This document shows, piece by piece, positions 19,885 through 30,040 of a DNA stretch of 64,000 nt. The stretch's first letter is position 1; every line of letters starts with the position of its first letter. The stretch is from NCBI GenBank assembly GCA_902518965.1, contig CABYIQ010000004.1, positions 35,262-99,261 of the forward strand, read 5' to 3'. The translations under genes were made by a program, and so were the position numbers. The notes below the pieces were generated by a model. That model was not told where the DNA came from, searched no databases, and saw only the letters and a list, made by a program, of their open reading frames with translations. The stretch comes from an uncultured SAR116 cluster alpha proteobacterium. Its GTDB lineage: Bacteria; Pseudomonadota; Alphaproteobacteria; Puniceispirillales; Puniceispirillaceae.

Positions 19885-22211
19885 ACCTTGCTCAGGCTTT
19901 TTTTGCCTCGCGGTTTGCGCTGCGCTGCTTTCGACTTCACCTTTTTCGCAGATTTATTATCTATCTGTTGCGCACGCGGCGCGGCAACTGTCACAACCAA
20001 TTCATGATCAATAACTGTGACCTCAACAACACCGCCCTGTTCCAACTCACCAAACAACAGATGATCAGCAAGAGGCTTCTTAATCTTTTCTTGAACCAGG
20101 CGTGCTAAGGGGCGTGCGCCATAGGCCTTATCATAGCCCCGTGCAGCCAGCCAATCGCGTGCAGGGTCGTCGAGGACGATGTCAACCTGCCGATCACCGA
20201 GCTGCACTTCAAGCTGCATAACGAATTTATCAACAACCTTACGTACAACATCTGTTTCCAGAGGTGCGAACGGTATGACCGCATCAAGCCGGTTTCTGAA
20301 TTCCGGCGTGAAGGCTTTTTCAATAGCTTCTGTTCCAGCTTCAAGCTTCTGACCACGGCCAAAGCCAATTTGCTGTTTTGCCATTTCAGCTGCGCCCGCA
20401 TTTGTTGTCATAATCAGAATAACATTGCGGAAATCTACTGATTTGCCGTTACTGTCCGTCAGTCGCCCATGATCCATAACCTGAAGCAGAATGTTAAATA
20501 AATCAGGATGCGCTTTTTCAATCTCATCAAGTAACAAAACAGCGTGCGGCGTCTGGTCAACAGCATCGGTTAATAAGCCCCCCTGATCAAAACCGACATA
20601 TCCCGGAGGAGCGCCAATAAGCCGGCTTACGGTGTGGCGCTCCATATATTCGGACATATCGAAACGGATGAGCTTGACCCCTAAAATTTCAGAAAGCTGG
20701 CGGGCAGCTTCAGTCTTACCCACACCTGTTGGCCCAGAAAACAAATAATTGCCAATCGGTTTTTCTGGTTCACGCAACCCCGCCCTTGACAATTTGATGG
20801 CGGACGCAAGGGTTGATAGGGCCTGATCCTGACCAAACACCATCCGCTGCAGGTCTGTCTCAAGTGTCTTTAAGGCACTCTTATCATCACGACTAACCTG
20901 TTTTGACGGAATCCGTGCAATTGAAGCAATTGTCGTTTCGATTTCTTTCTGTCCAATTACTTGCCGGCGCCGTGATGGTGGCAACAAATTCTGCGCTGCG
21001 GCTGCCTCATCAATCACATCGATGGCTTTGTCGGGCAATTTACGATCATTGATATAACGCGCTGACAGTTCGACAGCCTGTTTTAAAGCTGCGCTGGTAA
21101 ACCGAACGCCATGATGTTTTTCGTAACGCTGTTTCAGCCCATGCAGAATGCGGATACTGTCTGGCACAGATGGCTCAGTGATATCAATTTTCTGAAATCT
21201 GCGGGCAAGCGCTCGGTCTTTCTCAAAATAGGATCTGAACTCTTTATAAGTGGTTGACCCAATGCAGCGTAACCCTCCTGTCTGCAAAGCAGGCTTCAAT
21301 AGATTAGAGGCATCCATAGCTCCCCCTGAAGTAGCCCCCGCGCCAATGATTGTATGAATCTCATCGATAAACAGAATTGCATTATCGTCTTGTTCAACTT
21401 GTTTCATAACCGCTTTAAGTCGCTCTTCAAAGTCACCGCGATAGCGCGTTCCAGCAAGCAACTGGCCCATATCCAGCGCATAAATAACTGCTGATTTTAA
21501 CACATCCGGAACCGTCCCCTGAACCACCCGCAGGGCAAGCCCCTCAGCAATAGCTGTTTTGCCAACGCCTGGGTCGCCCACATATAGAGGATTGTTTTTG
21601 GTACGCCGGCATAAAACCTGTATTGTCCTGTCAACTTCCTTATCTCTGCCAATTAAAGGGTCAACACGCCCGTCACTGGCTTTCGCCATCAGGTCGACAG
21701 CATATTCAGACAGAGGGTCAGACTTGCTCCCTTCCCCGTCTGCTGCCTGGTCATCGCTCTGGTCTGTGCCTTGCGCGGGCCCACCATTGCCGTGGCTGAC
21801 AAAACTCACCGCATCAAGACGCGACATATTTAGCGAGTTCAAGAACCACACTGCATAACTTTCACGTTCAGAATACATGGCGATTAGAATATTCGCTCCT
21901 GTTGCAGCACCACGGCCAGAAGACTGCGTGTGAATAATGGCTCGCTGAACAACACGCTGAAAACCCGCTGTTGGCTGCACTTCCAGATTCTCAGACGGAT
22001 TCACAATAGAAGATAGTTCATCTTCAATGTGGTTGACTAAAAGATCTCGTAACTCGCTGATATCAACTTTGCAACCCTTTAGAACCTCAATCGCATCCTC
22101 ATCATCGATCAAAGCAAGTAAAAGATGCTCAAGCGTTGCAAATTCGTGTGAACGCTCGCCAGCTATTGACAATGCGCGCCGCAGTGTCTCTTCAAGATCT
22201 GGGGACAACAT
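19881..22211 (-). CDS. clpA: ATP-dependent Clp protease ATP-binding subunit ClpA
   Basis: HEFATLEHLL; two Walker A motifs (GDPGVGKT, GPTGVGKT); IGF loop; start set at MLSPDLEE, 7 bp after clpS. Confidence 0.96.
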   Translation of the reverse strand: MLSPDLEETLRRALSIAGERSHEFATLEHLLLALIDDEDAIEVLKGCKVDISELRDLLVNHIEDELSSIVNPSENLEVQPTAGFQRVVQRAIIHTQSSGRGAATGANILIAMYSERESYAVWFLNSLNMSRLDAVSFVSHGNGGPAQGTDQSDDQAADGEGSKSDPLSEYAVDLMAKASDGRVDPLIGRDKEVDRTIQVLCRRTKNNPLYVGDPGVGKTAIAEGLALRVVQGTVPDVLKSAVIYALDMGQLLAGTRYRGDFEERLKAVMKQVEQDDNAILFIDEIHTIIGAGATSGGAMDASNLLKPALQTGGLRCIGSTTYKEFRSYFEKDRALARRFQKIDITEPSVPDSIRILHGLKQRYEKHHGVRFTSAALKQAVELSARYINDRKLPDKAIDVIDEAAAAQNLLPPSRRRQVIGQKEIETTIASIARIPSKQVSRDDKSALKTLETDLQRMVFGQDQALSTLASAIKLSRAGLREPEKPIGNYLFSGPTGVGKTEAARQLSEILGVKLIRFDMSEYMERHTVSRLIGAPPGYVGFDQGGLLTDAVDQTPHAVLLLDEIEKAHPDLFNILLQVMDHGRLTDSNGKSVDFRNVILIMTTNAGAAEMAKQQIGFGRGQKLEAGTEAIEKAFTPEFRNRLDAVIPFAPLETDVVRKVVDKFVMQLEVQLGDRQVDIVLDDPARDWLAARGYDKAYGARPLARLVQEKIKKPLADHLLFGELEQGGVVEVTVIDHELVVTVAAPRAQQIDNKSAKKVKSKAAQRKPRGKKSLSKV

Positions 22212-22218
22212 ACTCCAG

Positions 22219-22545
22219 CTACTCCTTTTCCAGCTGCAATTGCAGAGGGTGTTCATTCTGCCGGGCAAAATTCATCACTTGACTTGCCTTTGCCTCGGCA
22301 ATCTCAAAAGTATAAACGCCGCAAATACCGACACCTCGCTGATGAACATGCAACATAATCTGCTGCGCTGCTTCATGGTTATGACCAAAAAAGCGCTGGA
22401 GGACGAGCACCACAAATTCCATGGGTGTATAATCGTCGTTCAGCATAAGAACACGGTAGAGCGATGGCTTTTCTGTCTTCTCTTTCTTTTCGAGAAGAAC
22501 GCCGCCAGTCACATCATCATCTTCAGACCGCTTGTCTCTGCTCAT
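22219..22545 (-). CDS. clpS: Clp protease adaptor (N-recognin) ClpS
   Basis: [26 protein letters not shown]. Confidence 0.96.
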   Translation of the reverse strand: MSRDKRSEDDDVTGGVLLEKKEKTEKPSLYRVLMLNDDYTPMEFVVLVLQRFFGHNHEAAQQIMLHVHQRGVGICGVYTFEIAEAKASQVMNFARQNEHPLQLQLEKE

Positions 22546-22656
22546 TTTGGTTAAACTCTCAGCCTCAATATCGTCGTCAACATTTTTGACTCTTTCTATT
22601 TAATATTGGCACTTAAATTGAATAATTGAAGTCATAAAGCTGGAAAAATCCGCATC

Positions 22657-24075
22657 GTGATGTCAATTCTACCCTTTTACCGTCGCTTACGCCAGCAATC
22701 ACTTGTTTCTGTTACGAGATATAGTATGGTTAAGACCGTAATGAGTTGCTCGCCACTAGATATAGGTCACACCAAATCGACCCCATTGGCCCGAATTTCG
22801 TTTCAGAAAGCGGTAAAGCGGCTTATATTTATGACTTCTATTGTCTTCAGTCTTGGCCTGTTGAGCAGCCCGCCTGCTGCAGCCAACCCGAAATATGCCT
22901 CTATCATTGTGGAAGAATCCAGCGGACGGGTTCTCTATTCCCGTAGTGCCGATAAACAACTTTTTCCAGCATCACTGACTAAAATTATGACCTTATATCT
23001 GCTGTTTGAAGCCCTCCAGAACCGGCGCATAACCCTTGGGACACGCATGAAAGTCAGCAAGGTCGCCGCCAGCCGATCACCCTCAAAATTGTATCTAAAG
23101 CCCGGCCAGACCATCACCGTAGAGAACGCCATTCTGGCCCTGGTTACAAAGTCAGCAAATGATGTAGCAACTGTTGTCTCAGAACATCTGGGAGGAAACG
23201 AACGCAATTTTGCAAAAAAAATGACCCGCAAGGCTAAAGCTATTGGCATGAAACGCACAATTTTTAAAAATGCCTCTGGTCTGCCTAACCAAGCGCAACT
23301 AAGCACGGCACGTGATATGGCGAGCCTTGGGATCGCCATTCGTCGCGACTTTCCGCAATATTTTAAATATTTCAATAGCACCAGCTTTAACTGGAAAGGA
23401 CGTAAATTCAGAAATCACAACAAGTTGCTGACCCAATTTAAAGGCACAGATGGCATTAAAACAGGGTATATTAATGCCTCTGGCTTTAATCTTGTTGCCA
23501 CAACAGAACGAAATGGTGTGCGTCTAGTTGGGGTTGTCTTTGGCGGTAAAACTGGCAAAAGCCGTGATAAGCATATGATCAGCCTGCTTAACCGTCAGTT
23601 CGAACGAATCAAGCCTGTTCAGGTGAAATCAACGCCTCTCCCTGCAACTCCCTTATCACGGCCAGACAACTTTCTGGCTGCAAATCTGCGGCCAGAGTTT
23701 CAGAAACCACCCGTCACTAACGACCTTCAGATTGCCTCAAGGCCATTAGTGCAGGCTCAAACCACATCCCCTGCCCCTTTAAATACCTTGTCCCGGCAAG
23801 TGTCTGTGCCACCACCGCTTTGGTCTATTCAAGTTGGCAGTTTCACAAGGCGCGTATCCGCTCATAAGGCTGCGATTAAGGCCCGCCAAACCGCACGTGA
23901 CACGCTAAATCTGACACCAGCTGAGCTGTCTGTTGTCACCAGAGGTGGGTTACCATTATGGCGTGTGCGGTTCCGCAATCTAGACGAAAACCGGGCCAGG
24001 GCAGCTTGTGCAGCCTTGTTATCAGCAGGGTCAACCTGTATTGCCCTGCCTGTATCTGTCACAGATGCCGGATAA
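22657..24075 (+). CDS. D-alanyl-D-alanine carboxypeptidase (S11) with C-terminal SPOR-like domain; true start probably downstream (22726-22831)
   Basis: ASLTK (SxxK), SAN, IKTGY; C-terminal WSIQVGSF...WRVRF. Confidence 0.88.
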   Translation: MMSILPFYRRLRQQSLVSVTRYSMVKTVMSCSPLDIGHTKSTPLARISFQKAVKRLIFMTSIVFSLGLLSSPPAAANPKYASIIVEESSGRVLYSRSADKQLFPASLTKIMTLYLLFEALQNRRITLGTRMKVSKVAASRSPSKLYLKPGQTITVENAILALVTKSANDVATVVSEHLGGNERNFAKKMTRKAKAIGMKRTIFKNASGLPNQAQLSTARDMASLGIAIRRDFPQYFKYFNSTSFNWKGRKFRNHNKLLTQFKGTDGIKTGYINASGFNLVATTERNGVRLVGVVFGGKTGKSRDKHMISLLNRQFERIKPVQVKSTPLPATPLSRPDNFLAANLRPEFQKPPVTNDLQIASRPLVQAQTTSPAPLNTLSRQVSVPPPLWSIQVGSFTRRVSAHKAAIKARQTARDTLNLTPAELSVVTRGGLPLWRVRFRNLDENRARAACAALLSAGSTCIALPVSVTDAG

Positions 24076-24094
24076 GATAATCCAGCTATAACAC

Positions 24095-27000
24095 CTAGTA
24101 AAAATCACGGCTTTTCAAGCGGGGGGCCTGTTGGTCACTAGCTTGTAAAAACTCCAGATAAGAATCACAATTGTGCACAGATTCAGCAATGAAGTGGGTG
24201 ATTGGACCCTGCCGCTGCAAACGGCCATATACCCCCATCAGATGCGCCCCAAGCAGGGCTGTTCTGTCCCGTTCAACAATATGCGGCCAAACAATTACAT
24301 TCACAGATAACAGACTGTCTTCAATAGTAACAAACACCGTGCCTTTAGCTGTACCAGGACGCTGACGCATAGTAACAAGCCCAATAAGGCGCAAACGCCG
24401 CCCATTTGGTGCCTCGTCAATCGCAGAGCAGCCCTGCCATCTGTCTTTTTCAAACCAGGCTTTCAGACTGTCTACCGGATGCCCTTTTAAGGACAGGCCT
24501 GTTGCCGTATAATCCTGCGCAATCTGTTCACCAAACAAGCTGGGCGGCAGTTTCAGATAACTGTCATCATTCTGTTTTATGATTTTGGTTCGGTTATCTG
24601 CTTGCGCAAATAAAGGTAGCTTATTCATTTGTAGACGACCATGTTTACGGGCCTGCCAGAACCCTTGCCGTGCGTTCAAACCTAATGAGCGCATCCCATC
24701 TGCGGCTGCAATCAGCTCAAGTGTCTTTGCAGAGATATCTGACCTAGTAATAATATCCTCAACAGACTGATAACCCTCGCTACGGCAGGCCGTTATCCGC
24801 GCTGCTTCTACGGCATTCAACCCTTTGACCAGACGTAGACCCAAACGCAGTGCATGACGGGCCTGAGGGACGGGTTCAATAGTTGAGTCCCATGCCGAAT
24901 GGTTAATATCAACAGGCCGCACCTCTACCCCGCTGCGCTGCGCATCAGCAATAAGCTGTGCGGGGCTGTAAAATCCCATTGGCTGGGCATTTAACAGAGC
25001 ACATGTAAACACCTCAGGATAATGGCATTTCAACCAGGCTGAGGCATAAACTAGCAGTGCAAAACTGGCGGCATGCGATTCTGGAAATCCATATGTGCCA
25101 AACCCTTCAATTTGTTTAAAACAACGCTGCGCAAATTCGGCATCATATCCCCGTTCAATCATGCCATTCACCATCTTATCAAAGAACGTATGTATATCCC
25201 CGTTTTTACGAAAGGTGGCCATAGCCCGCCTGAGCCTGTCTGCCTCTGCCCCGCTGAATCCAGCCCCAACAATTGCAATTTTCATTGCCTGTTCCTGAAA
25301 CAGGGGTACGCCAAGCGTACGGTCAAGGACAGAACGCAGCTCATCAGACGGATAATCAACATATTCAAGACCAGCCCGGCGACGTAGATAAGGATGAACC
25401 ATATCCCCTTGAATGGGTCCCGGGCGGACAATTGCCACCTGAACGATCAGATCATGAAAACAACGTGGCTGAAGACGAGGCAGCATCGCCATCTGGGCCC
25501 GCGATTCCACCTGAAACACACCAACTGATTCCCCTCGGCAGAGCATGTCATAGGCACGTTTATCTTCTGGCGGAATTGTCGCCAGTGTCAAGGTCATATG
25601 ATAATGACGCTGCATCAACGCAAATGCACCGGCAAGACAGCTGAGCATGCCCAGAGCTAGCACATCAATTTTTAACAGCCCTAGCGCATCTAGATCATCT
25701 TTATCCCATTCAATGATGCTGCGTCCCTGCATGGCTGCTGGCCGAACTACACACAGTTTATCCAGCCGATCCTGCACAATCACGAAACCCCCAACATGTT
25801 GAGAGAGATGACGTGGAAACCCCTGAATCTGGCGGGCCAGCCTGACCACCATCTGCAAAGTCGGATCCTGAACATCCAGCCCAACTGCGCGCAGTGATTC
25901 AGAATTCAAACCGCTGTTCTTGCGGCCCCACACCTGACCAGACAAAGCCCGCTGAACATCCCGACTGAGACCAAAAGCCTTGGCAACTTCAACAAAAGCA
26001 CTGCGCCCCTTATAAGTGATCACAGATGACGCCAGACCTGCACGATGCCGGCCATACCGGTGATAAATATATTGGATGACCTCTTCGCGCCGGTTATGTT
26101 CAAAATCCACATCAATATCTGGCGGCTCATTTCGGGCTTCGCTGACAAACCGTTCAAACAGAGGCTCTGAACGGTCAGGATCAACAGATGTGATAAACAA
26201 ACAATAGCAGATTGCTGAATTTGCAGCAGACCCCCGTCCCTGACACAGAATATTGCGGCTGCGGGCAAAGCGGACAATATCAAATACCGTTAGGAAAAAC
26301 GGGGCATAACCCATCTTCCGCACCAAAGCCAGTTCCTTATCCAAATAGGCATTCACCTTATCCGGCACCCCATCAGGATAGCGTTTCCGACTCCCTTCGC
26401 GGGCTTGCAAGGTTAATTCATCCATCGCAGACCGGCCAGACCGGCCTTCGTGAGCCGGATAATCATAACGCAAATCATCAAGGCTGAACTGGCAGCTGGC
26501 GGCAATTTCATCTGCTGTCTGCAACGCTTGTTCAAAACCTTGCCACCGGCGGGCCATCTCATCTGGGGCCAGCAGATGACGTTCAGCATTGCGGGATAAT
26601 AGCTGTCCAGCTTCAGGCAGGCTGGTTTTATGCCGGATACAGCTGAGCACATCTGCAAGCGGGCGCCGGTCAGGACGATGATATAAAACATGCCCAAGCG
26701 CAACAAATCCTAAATTATCTGCCGCTGCTTCCTGGCTAAAGCGATAAAGACGTTCTTCATCACAGCCATCACGCATCAGATAACCGCCAACATACACATC
26801 ACCTGGAGCAAACAGCCTAATTGTGCGGGCCTGTTCACGATAATCTGTATCTGCCAGAACAGGCGGCAGCGTAATAACAATCACATCAGAAGACAGCCGC
26901 ACCAAATCACTGATATGCATATCCGGCAAAGCGCGGTTATTATGACCTGATCGCATCATCGCTGCGCTCAACCACTGACACAGGCTGTGGTAGCCATCCA

Positions 27001-27310
27001 AAGTGCGGGAATAACATAAAATATCGCCGCCATTATAAAGGCTAACACCTACCCCGCAAATCAGCTTATGAAGAGATAGGCTGGCGACAGGCTTCTGATC
27101 CGGATTGTTCTCAGCCACAATATCCTTTATCGCCATATGCGCACGCACCAGCCCGCCACAGCTGAATCTGTCCGCAATGCCCACAGCCTGCCAACCCAGA
27201 TGATGAGCATGAGCAACCAGCTCTTCAGGATGTGAGGCGCCACACAAAAAGCTGAAATTCGTCTGACAGCCTAGAACTGCTTTCGGCCTGTACATCATCT
27301 TGTCTGCCAT
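24095..27310 (-). CDS. dnaE2: Error-prone DNA polymerase DnaE2 (ImuC)
   Basis: TNFSFL.GASHPEEL, GRGSAANS, PPDIDVDFEH, FPRHLSQHVGG, YGFPESHAASFA, C-terminal SRDFY. Confidence 0.95.
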   Translation of the reverse strand: MADKMMYRPKAVLGCQTNFSFLCGASHPEELVAHAHHLGWQAVGIADRFSCGGLVRAHMAIKDIVAENNPDQKPVASLSLHKLICGVGVSLYNGGDILCYSRTLDGYHSLCQWLSAAMMRSGHNNRALPDMHISDLVRLSSDVIVITLPPVLADTDYREQARTIRLFAPGDVYVGGYLMRDGCDEERLYRFSQEAAADNLGFVALGHVLYHRPDRRPLADVLSCIRHKTSLPEAGQLLSRNAERHLLAPDEMARRWQGFEQALQTADEIAASCQFSLDDLRYDYPAHEGRSGRSAMDELTLQAREGSRKRYPDGVPDKVNAYLDKELALVRKMGYAPFFLTVFDIVRFARSRNILCQGRGSAANSAICYCLFITSVDPDRSEPLFERFVSEARNEPPDIDVDFEHNRREEVIQYIYHRYGRHRAGLASSVITYKGRSAFVEVAKAFGLSRDVQRALSGQVWGRKNSGLNSESLRAVGLDVQDPTLQMVVRLARQIQGFPRHLSQHVGGFVIVQDRLDKLCVVRPAAMQGRSIIEWDKDDLDALGLLKIDVLALGMLSCLAGAFALMQRHYHMTLTLATIPPEDKRAYDMLCRGESVGVFQVESRAQMAMLPRLQPRCFHDLIVQVAIVRPGPIQGDMVHPYLRRRAGLEYVDYPSDELRSVLDRTLGVPLFQEQAMKIAIVGAGFSGAEADRLRRAMATFRKNGDIHTFFDKMVNGMIERGYDAEFAQRCFKQIEGFGTYGFPESHAASFALLVYASAWLKCHYPEVFTCALLNAQPMGFYSPAQLIADAQRSGVEVRPVDINHSAWDSTIEPVPQARHALRLGLRLVKGLNAVEAARITACRSEGYQSVEDIITRSDISAKTLELIAAADGMRSLGLNARQGFWQARKHGRLQMNKLPLFAQADNRTKIIKQNDDSYLKLPPSLFGEQIAQDYTATGLSLKGHPVDSLKAWFEKDRWQGCSAIDEAPNGRRLRLIGLVTMRQRPGTAKGTVFVTIEDSLLSVNVIVWPHIVERDRTALLGAHLMGVYGRLQRQGPITHFIAESVHNCDSYLEFLQASDQQAPRLKSRDFY

Positions 27311-28923
27311 CAGCTAAACAACCCATATATAAACCAACTGACCTCATCACCGCGTTCAACAAGGCCTTCACGGTACAGCCATAACCGGCGGCCATCTTCA
27401 ACCTCAACCCGGTAGTAATCACGCGATAATCTGTCTGTCCCGTTCGGATCCCACCAGCGGGGGCCAACCCGTTCAGGGCCTGTTGCCCGCAGTACTGTCC
27501 AGTTATAATACCGCCAGCGGATCATTGCTGGCGGATGATCCGGCATCATTGCCACAACTTTTACCGGTTCGGGCCTATCCAGCAGACGGACCGGACGCGG
27601 CGATGCCAGACCAGCCAAAACAGGCATAGACCACTGACCTGTTTTATATGTTACATCTGCAACCGGCTGATAGGCCTGGCTGTCAGCGATATGCCAGTCT
27701 GATTGGCTGACAACACGCTGAACCTTGTCCGGCCCTAGCCGGGCAGCTAAGATATCAACCATATCACTGATCTGACTTGCCTGCAGACTGTCTTGATCTG
27801 TCCCCAGAAGAGCCGTCACAGGAACATCAACCGTCAGTTCATGCGCCTGTATCCAGCTGTATTCTATACCAAATTCCGCATCAATTTTTTCAGCTGCCCC
27901 TGCTATCAACCGCTGTAAGGTCTGTTCACGCCGACCCGGTCGTGACAAGCGGAAAAGCAAACAGCTGGCCTGACCATCTGTGCGCTGCCAGCCCAGCTCA
28001 AAAGACCGGGCGGCCAGTTCAGCATCAAGCAACCTCTCTGCCATTTCTGCTGTAAGTTGACTGACCATATGACATAAGGCCTCATAGCCCATGACCGGTT
28101 CTGCCCAGATTTTTGTAACAGACACAGGCTGGACTGGCTGAACTGGTATCTGGCTGTCTGGCTGATCCCCAAAAAGCTGGCTGTAACGCAGAACCATATT
28201 CGGACCAAACCGCGCTGTCAGATCTGCCCGGCCAAGTGGATACAGATGGCTGATTTGCCGCAAGCCTGCCTGGCTAAGCGCATGTAATATATCTAGCGGC
28301 AAGCGCAAGGCTGCCAGCGGTAGGTCAGCAAGAGCCTCCCGCATCCGGGCACGGCGGGCAGGTGCATGTACCGGCTGGGCAGATACATCCCGATGGTAAT
28401 GTGCTAGTGCAAAAGCCGCCCCAAAAGTTGATGCGCTGGCAATCGATGCACGCAAGCCTGTCTGGCTGATCTGACAATGCAGATCAGCACACATCGCTTT
28501 CAGCCCACTATCTGTATCATCAGTGTCTGTATCACGAAAATCTGTAGCGTGGGCAAACAGATGGCTGGCCCCTGTTGCCTCAATCCAAATACCCAAACCG
28601 TCAGCATCAATACCAGTAACAGGGCTGTACCGGAACGCCCATCGTGCGAAAGCTGTCAACAGGGCCTGATCTGCATTGTGGTCAACTGGCGCAAAGCGCA
28701 TATCAGGATGCCGGGCCCGCGCATCAGCCACAGATAATCCGGCCCGAACCCCGTCTGCCCGGGCTTCAGCAGACAGATAAACTAGCCTATCTGTTCCTTT
28801 TTCACGCTGATATAGTCCTACTTTTTCCTGCAATGACCAGCCCTGCACCCGTGCCATTCGCCGGATCGGCAAACATGGCAGATGTAGATAAATTATTTGC
28901 CGTTCATCACCAGATACACCCAT
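27310..28923 (-). CDS. imuB: ImuB, catalytically inactive Y-family polymerase
   Basis: GLSVADARA, ATGASHLF, LPLAALRL, RPVRLL..PEP, GPERVGPRWW, RDYYRVE...GRRLWLYR; lies between imuA and dnaE2; start could be 28977. Confidence 0.92.
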   Translation of the reverse strand: MGVSGDERQIIYLHLPCLPIRRMARVQGWSLQEKVGLYQREKGTDRLVYLSAEARADGVRAGLSVADARARHPDMRFAPVDHNADQALLTAFARWAFRYSPVTGIDADGLGIWIEATGASHLFAHATDFRDTDTDDTDSGLKAMCADLHCQISQTGLRASIASASTFGAAFALAHYHRDVSAQPVHAPARRARMREALADLPLAALRLPLDILHALSQAGLRQISHLYPLGRADLTARFGPNMVLRYSQLFGDQPDSQIPVQPVQPVSVTKIWAEPVMGYEALCHMVSQLTAEMAERLLDAELAARSFELGWQRTDGQASCLLFRLSRPGRREQTLQRLIAGAAEKIDAEFGIEYSWIQAHELTVDVPVTALLGTDQDSLQASQISDMVDILAARLGPDKVQRVVSQSDWHIADSQAYQPVADVTYKTGQWSMPVLAGLASPRPVRLLDRPEPVKVVAMMPDHPPAMIRWRYYNWTVLRATGPERVGPRWWDPNGTDRLSRDYYRVEVEDGRRLWLYREGLVERGDEVSWFIYGLFS

Positions 28924-28957
28924 TGCCCTGCTTTCATGATATAAGCACACCCATGCC

Positions 28958-29857
28958 TTATGCTGAAATAGACGCAATCAGAGCCGGCTTTGAAACGGGC
29001 AGCTGGCTAGCCTGACCATTCTTATCTGGCCAGCTGATAGCTGACTGCAGCCGGCCAGTCAGACCATCATAGACAAGCTTATCTGCACAAGGTGTCCCCT
29101 GCCGGCTGTAGGTCAGTTGAACCGACCAGTATGGCCGCCAGTCTGTTTGCAGCCCTTCCCTTTCGGCAAACAGATCAGCTGGCGCTGTCGTGATATGCCA
29201 GCCCGTCTCAAAACCTGAAACAGGGGCAGGAGGACCCAGCAACAGCCCCATCGTCCCGCCTGTCTTGGCAGCCAAACGTGTGCGGCGGACCCAGCGTTGC
29301 CATGTATCTGCACTCCGCGCAAACAAGCCATACTCACCTACAACCGCCAGAACACCCCTGGTCTGCAGAACCTCTTCAAAGGCCCCCATCAGCCGTTTAG
29401 GGCGCTGGTCATGAACAAAAATAAACCGTGATGGGCATACACCTAATGCAGGCAAGGCAGATGCCAGTATGTGGCCGGCATAGCCAGCATGGCTGGGACT
29501 ACACCAAACCACAGGTGAGAGGGGGTCCTGATCCATCATCAATCGCAGCAAGGCCAGCACAAACCCCGTTGCTGCCCCATCAAATGACCGGCCTGTCATC
29601 AGATGCACATGACCAAACCGCAGTCCTCCTGATAAGGCTATGTCAAACCGGTCCACCTTCAGCTGAAGAGTCGGGAAAGACCGGGCTGTGTCAGCCTGCC
29701 TGATTTGCGTTTTCAGTTCAGAAAACCGGCTGGCTTTGCATGAGGAGGAAATATATCCGCCTCTGCCACCCTGAATCAAATCAGAAGACCCATTCACCAA
29801 CCCGTCTGAAACAAAAGATTTAAAATATGTTGTCTGCATGATCTGTAGCCTGAGCAT
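28958..29857 (-). CDS. imuA: ImuA (RecA/SulA-like) protein
   Basis: FDIALSGGL, VVWC, LGVCPSRFIFV, AVVGE, RLAAKTGG; first gene of the cassette, with GAAGGGGG RBS. Confidence 0.85.
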   Translation of the reverse strand: MLRLQIMQTTYFKSFVSDGLVNGSSDLIQGGRGGYISSSCKASRFSELKTQIRQADTARSFPTLQLKVDRFDIALSGGLRFGHVHLMTGRSFDGAATGFVLALLRLMMDQDPLSPVVWCSPSHAGYAGHILASALPALGVCPSRFIFVHDQRPKRLMGAFEEVLQTRGVLAVVGEYGLFARSADTWQRWVRRTRLAAKTGGTMGLLLGPPAPVSGFETGWHITTAPADLFAEREGLQTDWRPYWSVQLTYSRQGTPCADKLVYDGLTGRLQSAISWPDKNGQASQLPVSKPALIASISA

Positions 29858-29924
29858 GACCCCCCTTCACGCTGTCAGCACTCATCCGATTTATATCCGA
29901 ATCATCTATTCAAAAGGGTTGATC

Positions 29925-29953
29925 AGAATAGAACAAAACAAGAACATTGTCAA
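29925..29953 (-). promoter_or_regulatory. sigma70 promoter of imuABC with an alphaproteobacterial LexA (SOS) box in its spacer
   Basis: Minus strand TTGACA-17 bp-TATTCT; the spacer contains GTTC-N7-GTTC (plus strand GAACAAAACAAGAAC, 29931-29945). Confidence 0.9.
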
Positions 29954-30040
29954 GTTCAAAAAACAGACCTGTTCTGGGCTAAACATCGGACGTTTACAGA
30001 AAATGGTGCAAGATCGGGATTATTCAGAGTAAAGATCAGG

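Noticed and set aside
22600-22635. sigma32-like promoter for clpS (minus strand CTTC-N18-CCAATAT)
   Set aside because: Deviates from consensus in both elements within AT-rich DNA; too weak to call
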